A stretch of DNA of 64,000 bases. It comes from Escherichia coli. GTDB lineage: Bacteria; Pseudomonadota; Gammaproteobacteria; Enterobacterales; Enterobacteriaceae. The position numbers and the translations under genes were made by a program. Under the pieces are notes generated by a model. That model had not been told where the DNA came from. It made no database searches and saw only the letters and a list, made by a program, of their open reading frames with translations. The stretch lies in assembly GCF_003334305.1 (NCBI RefSeq), contig NZ_QOWS01000017.1; one strand, given 5' to 3'. Shown one piece after another: positions 41,461-48,760 of this stretch. The stretch's first letter is position 1; each line of letters opens with the position of its first letter.

Positions 41461-41819
41461 TTATTGATTTAGACACTCTGTTTCCAGTTAGAAAGACTTT
41501 CACAGATATTGTAAGTTATTGTACTGATCCGTTTGCCTCTGTAGAAAGCAAGGTTTTTGCTTCTCTTCCTGCTGATGTTGAGTGCGGCGACTTGATCACC
41601 AGTACTGGCGCTAAATATGAATCAGGAGATGATATCTATGTTGTTATGAGTGAATTTGTAACGGCTGGAGAAAACAAGCCTGTAGATGTGCTACGTAGTA
41701 ATGCTGGTCTTGTCTGCATCAAAGCTGATGCGCTGAATGCTGTAAGTGAAGCAGCAAAAACAGCATTAATTAAAAAAGGCTTCCAGCTTGAAGGGTTCCA
41801 TTCTGTTTTCACTTCTTAA
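41457..41819 (+). CDS. head-decoration-like protein (lambda D-like position and size)
   Basis: 120 aa directly upstream of the capsid-like gene. The size and G-rich beta-type pattern loosely resemble lambda gpD-type decoration proteins. The call is based on synteny. Confidence 0.4.
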   Translation: MIIDLDTLFPVRKTFTDIVSYCTDPFASVESKVFASLPADVECGDLITSTGAKYESGDDIYVVMSEFVTAGENKPVDVLRSNAGLVCIKADALNAVSEAAKTALIKKGFQLEGFHSVFTS

Positions 41820-41837
41820 TAAAAGGAATAATAATAA

Positions 41838-42869
41838 ATGATTCTAGGTAATGATTACGTTGATTTAGCTCCGCTTTTCCAGGCACACAGCACTAGAAAC
41901 TTTCTGCTCTCTACCCTCGACTTCACTGATCCGGTGGGCGTTAGTTCTCATAAAGTAGCTGTTTCTCAGCTTGTCGAAAGCAACGAATCTCTGTTCAACA
42001 AAGAAACCTCTCGTTTCTCTTCTGAACACAATGTTACTAAGCGTGAACAAGGTAAAGAATGGCTGATTGAAATCCCGTATTTTCTTCGTGAAGATGTGAT
42101 CCGTCCTTCTGATGTTCAAGGCAAGCGTAAGCCTGGCACTGATTTTCAGGAAACACTCACTGATATCTATGCGGAATATATCGCTAAACACCACGTAGCG
42201 TATCAGCGTACAAAAGAGAGCGTGTTGGCTGCATCTCTGTTTAGCGGTAAAACTTACACGCCTAAAACTGATGATGTTCTTATCGAGTGGGGCAAGCTGT
42301 TTAACGTGGCACCTATGAAAGCCACCTTGAACGCTTCCAGCACTGACACAATGACCGTTTTCAAGCAATTTGACCAGCTTGCTACGGATATGATTGCTAA
42401 GGCACAAAACCAGGCTGCAACCATTGAGCGTGTTGTTGTGTTCTGTAAACCTGCGGCATTCAACGCTATTCGTTACAGTGTTGGTATGGTCAATGCTTTC
42501 CAATATGCAAGCCCTGTAGACGATGCCAACGTGGTGTTTAATGTGCGTTCCCTGCTACCAGGTGTAACTACTTTCACCATTCCAGGAACTAACATTGACC
42601 TGATCAAAGTGACTGATCCGCTACACCTTGCACATATGGCTTCTGATGCGGTTGCTGTGCCTAAATTCGCTAAGGGGGCAGGTGTTTACCAATCTATCTA
42701 TGGGGCAGCTTCCAGCACCTTTGAACTGATCAATGCCGCTCCTGCTGAGGTGTATAGCTATAGCTATGAATCTTCTTCTCGTGGTGATGCTGTTAACGTT
42801 GTTACAGAGAATAGCCAGATGGTGGTAAACCACGGCGTTGGTTTCTCCGTTCAAATCACTGTTAAATAA
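41838..42869 (+). CDS. major capsid protein, lambda gpE-like family (putative)
   Basis: 343 aa (lambda gpE is 341 aa). N-terminal LAPLFQAHSTRNFLLSTLDF resembles the P.TFLLDTFF motif I recall from Phage_cap_E proteins. RBS aaaggaa. Followed by a strong terminator. Confidence 0.5.
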   Translation: MILGNDYVDLAPLFQAHSTRNFLLSTLDFTDPVGVSSHKVAVSQLVESNESLFNKETSRFSSEHNVTKREQGKEWLIEIPYFLREDVIRPSDVQGKRKPGTDFQETLTDIYAEYIAKHHVAYQRTKESVLAASLFSGKTYTPKTDDVLIEWGKLFNVAPMKATLNASSTDTMTVFKQFDQLATDMIAKAQNQAATIERVVVFCKPAAFNAIRYSVGMVNAFQYASPVDDANVVFNVRSLLPGVTTFTIPGTNIDLIKVTDPLHLAHMASDAVAVPKFAKGAGVYQSIYGAASSTFELINAAPAEVYSYSYESSSRGDAVNVVTENSQMVVNHGVGFSVQITVK

Positions 42870-42887
42870 TATTTTAACGTGTAATAG

Positions 42888-42922
42888 AGGCGTGGCGTGA
42901 ATAACACGCTTCGCCTTTTTTT
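42888..42922 (+). terminator. intrinsic terminator after the capsid-like gene
   Basis: aggcg-tg-gcgtg aataa cacgc-tt-cgcct followed by T6. Confidence 0.7.
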
Positions 42923-42955
42923 ATTTATTTTTAAATTTTGAGAGGTGATTAAAAT

Positions 42956-43159
42956 ATGGAAGTGATTCTGAAATCAAAAAATGGTGTACACGTTTATTTA
43001 GATGCTAATGATTCAAGAGGCTTGTTAAATCTGAAATATCTATGTTCTCTCTTGGATGTTCCATATGAAGGCGTAAAAGCCCGAATGTTCAGATTAAACG
43101 AGAGTATTGATCAAGCTCTACACCATTTCTTAAGCAAAGAAGGTGGTAAAAATGATTAA
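42956..43159 (+). CDS. small hypothetical protein (possible HTH)
   Basis: 67 aa with RBS gagagg. The segment LKYLCSLLDVPYEGVKARMFRLNESIDQAL looks HTH-like. Confidence 0.45.
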   Translation: MEVILKSKNGVHVYLDANDSRGLLNLKYLCSLLDVPYEGVKARMFRLNESIDQALHHFLSKEGGKND

Positions 43160-43173
43160 TAAGGGGATTTTAA

Positions 43174-45012
43174 ATGTTAGAAATTAACACTTCTAAAATT
43201 AAGAACACAGTAACATTTAGTGTAGATAAAGACAGCTTGAAAAAAGCGAAAGACTCTATTACAGGCTTAAAGGAATTCACAGAAAACATCAAGCCAGCTA
43301 AATTAAGGTTTGATAGTGTCACTAAAGGCTATAAGAAAGCACAAAGCGAAGTAGACAAGATTGCTCAACAGAAAGCTAAAACAGAAAAGCAGAATCAAAG
43401 AGCACAAGCTGCCGCAGCAAGAGCACAGGCAAGGCAACAGACACAAATAGCAGCACGTAAAGAGAAAGCAGAATTAAAGCTCCTCGATGTGTCAAGCTCT
43501 ATCAGTGCAATGCACCGCCTCTCTGTAGCGGAACAATACAAAGCTATTGCACAGGCTAGAGAGATAGCAAAACAATATGAGCAAGGGGCTATCTCGCTTG
43601 CACGTATGAATAGTCAGATGAAACGCCTACAACAGCAACAACGTAAGATTAATGGCAACAGAAAAGCTCAATTAGCCCCCGTTAAGGGAGGAGGATCAGG
43701 GAATTCCGCCACGATGGGTGCTCTGTTATTTGGAGGCGCTACAGCGGCTGCTGGCGTGATGGCTGTTAGTAAAGCGTCGGAGTTTGTTAGTAACAGTTTC
43801 GCTAACGCAGAGACACAAGGTGAGCTAATTCAACGTGCAAGGCTTGGCGGTGTAGACGTTAACCAGATGTACAACATTACAGAATGGGCCTATAGAAACG
43901 GCGTTGACTCTATGATGGGTGATCAAGGGGCTAGGAAATACCTGGATCAGATGAAAGATGTTAGGGAACGTGCCGCAAAATCCTATAGTGAAGCTGAATA
44001 TGTAGTCGATAAAAAAACTGGTAAAGGCGGCGAATGGAAAGGCGGTGATAACGCTATTAATGAACTTCTAAACATCGGTGTTATTAACAAGAGCGACCTT
44101 AAAAAATTTGCTGATAATCCAGCCGGATTAATTTCTAAGGCTGTTAATGGAATGATGAAAAAAGGGTTTTCAGACTCCCAAATTGGACAACGTTTAGAAG
44201 ACCTGGGTGATGATTTGATGCTTACATCAAAATATTGGCAACGTTCCGTTAAAGATGTACAAACAAGCATCGAGCAGCAAAAAGCCTCTGGAAAATGGCT
44301 AACAGAAACACAGCAAGATTCTATTGTTAAATTCAGAGAACTAAACAGACAGCTTTCACAGCTTTCTGATGCAAGACAAGTAGCATTTGTAGACGGCTTT
44401 ATGAAATCTCTCGATCCAAAAGTAACGGAAGAGTTTATGAAAAACCTTTCTAATCTCACTCCGTATTTTACAAAGCTGGGAGAAGCTACAGGAAGTCTCT
44501 TTGAAGCTATTATGAAGATTGTAAACTGGTTTAATCGTAATGATGATAAGACAGATGCTATTCAGAAAAATTTAGGTGATGCACCGCCATTAAGCAATGA
44601 AGGAATGAAACAGAATCTTTCTAATCTCGTTCCTGATCAATATAAAGGCGCTGGCACCGGAACAACTAAGCCAGATAACAGCAATTCCCTGTTTAACACT
44701 ATTAAGGGATTGCTTTTCGATGATAAGTCTTCTTCTGTGTCAGATGTAAAAATGTCAGTCAGCGAAGCACCGATAACCAATCTCAAACAGGGCGCTTTAA
44801 ATAATCTTGCAATGACAACTCCGGCTTATAATTTATCTCCTGTGTTTAATCTGAATCCTACATTTGAAGTGGTAACAGAGGTTCCTCTTACTATTAATTC
44901 TGACACATCAAGATTAAGCGATTATGTGGATTTTACAGCGAGATCAAGTCGGGATAGCTTCTTGAAATCATTAACATTAACCAGCTTATCAGGACAATCT
45001 AACGGCGGGTAA
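43174..45012 (+). CDS. tape-measure-like protein
   Basis: 612 aa. N-terminal Q/A/K-rich coiled coil, Gly-rich hydrophobic segment GGGSGNSATMGALLFGGATAAAGVMAV, then a long helical region. This composition is typical of tail tape measure proteins. Confidence 0.45.
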   Translation: MLEINTSKIKNTVTFSVDKDSLKKAKDSITGLKEFTENIKPAKLRFDSVTKGYKKAQSEVDKIAQQKAKTEKQNQRAQAAAARAQARQQTQIAARKEKAELKLLDVSSSISAMHRLSVAEQYKAIAQAREIAKQYEQGAISLARMNSQMKRLQQQQRKINGNRKAQLAPVKGGGSGNSATMGALLFGGATAAAGVMAVSKASEFVSNSFANAETQGELIQRARLGGVDVNQMYNITEWAYRNGVDSMMGDQGARKYLDQMKDVRERAAKSYSEAEYVVDKKTGKGGEWKGGDNAINELLNIGVINKSDLKKFADNPAGLISKAVNGMMKKGFSDSQIGQRLEDLGDDLMLTSKYWQRSVKDVQTSIEQQKASGKWLTETQQDSIVKFRELNRQLSQLSDARQVAFVDGFMKSLDPKVTEEFMKNLSNLTPYFTKLGEATGSLFEAIMKIVNWFNRNDDKTDAIQKNLGDAPPLSNEGMKQNLSNLVPDQYKGAGTGTTKPDNSNSLFNTIKGLLFDDKSSSVSDVKMSVSEAPITNLKQGALNNLAMTTPAYNLSPVFNLNPTFEVVTEVPLTINSDTSRLSDYVDFTARSSRDSFLKSLTLTSLSGQSNGG

Positions 45013-45046
45013 TTCCCGCCATAACATTACAAGGAAAATTATTATT

Positions 45047-45760
45047 ATGGCGACCGCCGGGATTTTAACCATACGTGCAGCAAATACTCCAGAACAACAC
45101 GTTCAGGCTGTTTACAAAGCAGAACAAGATATAAATTCTACAAAAAACGAAAATAGCAAAGCTAATAAAACAAAAGGAGAGAACGGATTTGCTATTGTTA
45201 CCAGTGGCTTGGCATCTTCTGGCAATGACGTTTATGAAAATTATATGGCCCTGGCCTTTGACAGTGTAGACGATGTGAACGTGAGACGTTCGGCAGATGT
45301 CACAAGCTACCCCGTAGAAAATGGTGCTACTGTGTCTGATCACGTTCAAATTAAAAACAATAAGTTTTCTCTTAAAGGAAGGATCACTGAAACACCGATT
45401 AAAAGCGATCCTGGCTTGTTAAAGAGTGCAGGGGTGAACGGGAACAGAAGATCATTAGCCATAGACTACTTGAATCAGATTATGGACAGTAGACAGCCTT
45501 TTCTTCTTGTTACAGAAAATAAAACTTTTGAGAACGTTGTTTTAACAGGCATCGAATACACAGAAGAGGCAAGCGAATCCCTGGTATTTGATCTTAGCTT
45601 TGAGCAGATCAGATTAGTTTCTTATGGCACTGTATCCACTATTGCACTTAAAACACAACCATCTAAGAACATCGGGGCGAATATGAAAAAACGTGTTAAC
45701 ACTGAAAAATCAAGTAGTGAAGGTGAAGACACTATTACTCCTGCCTTTAAGCAGAAATAG
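45047..45760 (+). CDS. putative virion (tail-lumen / tube-initiator-like) protein
   Basis: 237 aa directly after the TMP-like gene. The motif VTSYPVENGATVSDHVQIKNNKFSLKGRITE recalls the (H)EYPGRD..VEDLG...S..G pattern of Mu gp43-type tail proteins. The resemblance is weak. Confidence 0.3.
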   Translation: MATAGILTIRAANTPEQHVQAVYKAEQDINSTKNENSKANKTKGENGFAIVTSGLASSGNDVYENYMALAFDSVDDVNVRRSADVTSYPVENGATVSDHVQIKNNKFSLKGRITETPIKSDPGLLKSAGVNGNRRSLAIDYLNQIMDSRQPFLLVTENKTFENVVLTGIEYTEEASESLVFDLSFEQIRLVSYGTVSTIALKTQPSKNIGANMKKRVNTEKSSSEGEDTITPAFKQK

Positions 45761-45801
45761 CCGTAAACGCCTCTAAAACGCTCTGTAACGATGTAATTAT
45801 A

Positions 45802-45834
45802 AAAGAGGCTGCCAATCTATGTTGAAGCCTCTTT
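45802..45834. terminator. bidirectional hairpin between convergent genes
   Basis: aaagaggct - 15 nt - agcctcttt, a 9-bp perfect stem between the 45760 stop and the integrase stop. Confidence 0.55.
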
Positions 45835-45841
45835 ATTGTGT

Positions 45842-47206
45842 TTATGGCGTTGTTTTACGCCTTAAATTTGATTTTTTATTGATTGATAAGCCTTTCTCTA
45901 TTTCAGGGTAGCGTAGAAGCTCAATATAGTTTTTAAGCTCTACTGGAGAAGCTGCATTCTTGCTATATGTGCGGAATGTCTCTGTATTGCCGCGTGTATG
46001 GCCCAGGAGAAGGGCGATCCTGTCTTCTGGAATTTGATTTCGATCAAGAAGCTGTGCTACTCCGTGTCTCAGAGAATGAAACACTTTCCTTTCTGTTCCC
46101 TTTTCCCCTAAAGCCTTTCGTTTAGCTCTTGTAAATCTCTGCGTGTGCCACGTGGAACGTTTACCATCAGCACGCTCTGTAATGCTGGCGTGATAGAACA
46201 AAAAGCCATTATGAGGCTTTTCACGCAGCGACAACACCAACGGAGTGATAAGGCTATGTACAGGCACAACACGTGCCGCAGCTTTCGTTTTTCCCTGTGT
46301 GATTTCAAAACACAGCACACCTTCGATCTCTTTCACATCGTCTATTGTGAGACTTGCTATCTCATTGATCCGCATACCTGTATATAAACCGATAAGACAC
46401 AAAGCCATCATTTCTTTGTTTTCTGCTGAATTACCGGAAAATACTTGCAACACCTGCAATAGCTCTTTGTTAGAAAATGCCTCGTAGCTCTCTCTACTTT
46501 GTGCCACATCAAGCCTATGCCCTCGCCAGGGGGAGAGCGCCCTTTCTGGCGCATCGTGGTAACGTGATGAAGCTAACTCCCATAGCTGGGCTATTGGGCT
46601 GATATAATTTGCAATTGATTGTTGTGAAAGAGTTTTTTGCATGTGTTCTATCCAGCCTGTAACAGTGGTGCGGCTCACATCTTGCAATGCAATATCAGGC
46701 TTTTTACGGTAGGAGAGAAACATCTCTACCGCTTTTCTTGCCTTAGCTAAAGTGGCTGGCTTCTTCTTCGTGCTGTTAATTGTCAGGTAGATTTCAAGAA
46801 TTTTAAGCAATGACGGACACGAAGACGCTGTATCTTGCATTCTGGTAGCTGTTTTGGCGTATTTAGCCTTACTGCGTAACAGCTCCAGCGTGTTCTCTAT
46901 TGTGCTGTTTACAGGGGCGACACTCTCCCGTAGGCAATGGTATTCATCTGCAATCTGATCACGCTTTCTACGTGCAACACGAAGATTATTTGTGTGTAGA
47001 CTTCTGACAAACGTCCTTTTTCCTTCAAAAAAGGGCTGCATATACACAGGCAGCGTGATCCTTAAATAGTAGTTACCGTAAGAATCACAGATTAAGTATT
47101 GGTTAGGCTTGTATCTCATAAAATCTCCGGCTAAAGTGTCGGAGCGTTTGTAATGTGAAAATTGATTGTAACGCATAGAAAATGATAATTTTTCTATAAG
47201 ATTCAA
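45842..47206 (-). CDS. tyrosine recombinase/integrase of the second island (K-12 IntF-like position)
   Basis: 454 aa. Catalytic R (TGMRINEIASL), HxLRH (FHSLRHGVAQLL) and HTRGNTETFRTYSK (H...Y). N-terminal YYLRITLPVYMQPFFEGKRTFVRSLHT arm-type domain. Adjacent to the thrW-like fragment, as intF-ptwF is in K-12 (recalled). Confidence 0.85.
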   Translation of the reverse strand: MNLIEKLSFSMRYNQFSHYKRSDTLAGDFMRYKPNQYLICDSYGNYYLRITLPVYMQPFFEGKRTFVRSLHTNNLRVARRKRDQIADEYHCLRESVAPVNSTIENTLELLRSKAKYAKTATRMQDTASSCPSLLKILEIYLTINSTKKKPATLAKARKAVEMFLSYRKKPDIALQDVSRTTVTGWIEHMQKTLSQQSIANYISPIAQLWELASSRYHDAPERALSPWRGHRLDVAQSRESYEAFSNKELLQVLQVFSGNSAENKEMMALCLIGLYTGMRINEIASLTIDDVKEIEGVLCFEITQGKTKAAARVVPVHSLITPLVLSLREKPHNGFLFYHASITERADGKRSTWHTQRFTRAKRKALGEKGTERKVFHSLRHGVAQLLDRNQIPEDRIALLLGHTRGNTETFRTYSKNAASPVELKNYIELLRYPEIEKGLSINKKSNLRRKTTP

Positions 47207-47217
47207 TCAATTAGTAA

Positions 47218-47280
47218 TGGTCGTAGGTGATGGCATTAACACGAGATTAATCGAGTGTTTTACTCCTATTATCGCACCAT
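47218..47280 (+). pseudogene. thrW-like tRNA 3' fragment / degenerate att core copy 3 (ptwF-like)
   Basis: ggtcgtaggt (as thrW 23328-23337), then 34 nt of unrelated sequence (47228-47261), then actcctattatcg-caccat (thrW 3' end with a 1-nt deletion). Confidence 0.65.
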
Positions 47281-47405
47281 TAAAATCAAAGAGTTACCCC
47301 ATATTTAAATACACCACGTTTCCTCCTGTGCCGCATTTGTGCCATTGTAACCTTGGCAATTCATCAAAATACTGTTCTGACATCAGGCAGTGCAGGTGCA
47401 GCTAT

Positions 47406-47790
47406 TTAAACCAATTGCTGCCGCCATTCTTTGACGTAGTCAATCAGGGCGCGGAGCTTTGGTGCAATATTGCGACGCTGTGGGAAATACAGATAGAAGC
47501 CCGGAAATTGTGGAAGAAAGTCATCAAGCAGCGATACAAGCTTACCGCTTTCAATATATGGCCTGAAAGTTTCCTGAGTGGCAATTGTTATTCCTCCGCC
47601 GGCAAGAGCCAGCCTCAACATCAGACGCAGATCATTAGTCGTAATCTGCGGTTCAATCGCAAGGTCGAAAGTTCTCCCGTTTTCTTCAAATGGCCAGCGA
47701 TAAGGCGCAACCTCCGGGGACTGACGCCAGCCGATACACTTATGGGTATTTCCCCCGGAGGCGAGAAAGCGCTCTCCACGCCCGGCCGCA
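47406..47790 (-). pseudogene. yagP: LysR-family regulator C-terminal fragment (yagP-like)
   Basis: Only the effector-binding C-terminal half is present (ITTNDLRLMLRLALAGGGITIATQETFRPYIESGKLVSLLDDFLPQFPGFYLYFPQRR). There is no HTH. The upstream part of the track ORF overlaps paoD out of frame. Confidence 0.6.
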
Positions 47791-47794
47791 AGGA

Positions 47795-48751
47795 TCAGGA
47801 CGACGGGGGCAGGCATGAATCCTCCTCCTGATGGAGACGTACAGAGGCGACTTCTGCCAGCACGGAGAGTGCCAGAGTATGCGCATCCCGGGCTTTGGGG
47901 AATATCCCGACGGGTGCCCGGATTTGCGTTGTTTCCTCCCTGGACCATCCCAGCTCGTGGAGCTTTTGCAGACGTAACGTGTGGGTTCGATAGCTGCCCA
48001 ATGCGCCGAGATAAAAGGGTTTTGCTTCTCGCGCGGCCTGCAACACTGGCAGCTCCCGGTTGAGATCATGGCACAGCAAAATGACCGCCGTATCGGTATC
48101 GATCTGAGCGCTGGCTGAGGCCGGAAAAAGATCGAAGATATGGCTGTCATAGCCTGTGGCTGCTGCAAGACTCGCAGTTGCCTGCGCCTCAAGAGAACGT
48201 CCGTAAATCATCAGCCTGACGCATGGCCTGAACCCCACCTCAAAGCCATTGAGATTCCAGCCCGTTCGGGTTTGCGTGGGCAGGCACACCAGCGATTGTG
48301 CTTGCGGATCGTAGCGCAGCCCCGCCGGTTTTCTCTGTTCCAGACGGTTCAGCACGGCGAGCAGAGGCTGTGCCGAGCGTAGTTTATGGAGCGTCAGCGT
48401 GATCCCACCGCCGCAGGGCAGAACGATGTCAAACCACGGCGAACCTTCGCCATAGCGAATTTCGCGATCGCGGCCTGAGCCCATCATCTCCAGCGCTTCA
48501 AAAGCGGCAGCGGCCTCCACGCAGCCGCCAGAGACAAAACCGCAGTAACGACCATCTTCGCGAACCACCATCTGCGCCCCGAGCGGGCGCGCTGCGCCGC
48601 CGCGTATCTCCACCAGCGTCACCAGCACCGCTCCTTTACCGGACATTAGCGCCTCTACGGCGAAGCGCAGAATGGTCCGGTGGTCATCGGTGAGAAACGC
48701 CTGCTCTGGCTTATGCCAGTGTTCGTCTTTATCAAAAAGCGGGTATGACAT
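47795..48751 (-). CDS. paoD: molybdenum cofactor insertion chaperone PaoD (XdhC-like)
   Basis: 318 aa, MSYPLFDKDEHWHKPEQAFLTDDHRTILRFAVEAL. Sits downstream of paoC. Confidence 0.85.
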   Translation of the reverse strand: MSYPLFDKDEHWHKPEQAFLTDDHRTILRFAVEALMSGKGAVLVTLVEIRGGAARPLGAQMVVREDGRYCGFVSGGCVEAAAAFEALEMMGSGRDREIRYGEGSPWFDIVLPCGGGITLTLHKLRSAQPLLAVLNRLEQRKPAGLRYDPQAQSLVCLPTQTRTGWNLNGFEVGFRPCVRLMIYGRSLEAQATASLAAATGYDSHIFDLFPASASAQIDTDTAVILLCHDLNRELPVLQAAREAKPFYLGALGSYRTHTLRLQKLHELGWSREETTQIRAPVGIFPKARDAHTLALSVLAEVASVRLHQEEDSCLPPSS

Positions 48752-48760
48752 TGTTTCTCC

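Larger units (their letters stand above)
35185..47280. mobile_element. second thrW-associated integrative island (candidate novel phage satellite / phage-derived element)
   Basis: Flanked by att core copies 2 and 3. AT-rich. Has its own tyrosine integrase, iterons, an RHH/wHTH module, a capsid-like pair and a tape-measure-like gene. No terminase, portal or lysis genes were recognised. Confidence 0.7.

Noticed and set aside
41865-42503. 212-aa minus-strand ORF inside the capsid-like gene (also 42254-42463 and 42621-42854)
   Set aside because: These are antisense shadow ORFs within a longer, better-supported plus-strand gene.
43983-44459. 158-aa minus-strand ORF inside the tape-measure-like gene
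   Set aside because: It is an antisense shadow ORF with no RBS and no recognisable domain.
35206-47261. Search by eye for known cos ends in the second island (P2/P4 GGCGAGGCGGGG..., lambda GGGCGGCGACCT)
   Set aside because: No match was seen. Because this was only a visual scan, a divergent cos or pac site cannot be excluded. The packaging signal remains unknown.
47217-47831. 204-aa plus-strand ORF right of the island
   Set aside because: It starts inside the tRNA-fragment/att remnant and runs antisense to the LysR fragment. It has no RBS or recognisable domain.
47406-47948. Full 180-aa minus-strand ORF treated as an intact gene
   Set aside because: Only the C-terminal ~125 residues are LysR-like. 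The N-terminal part overlaps the paoD 3' end in another frame. It is annotated as a yagP-like pseudogene fragment.
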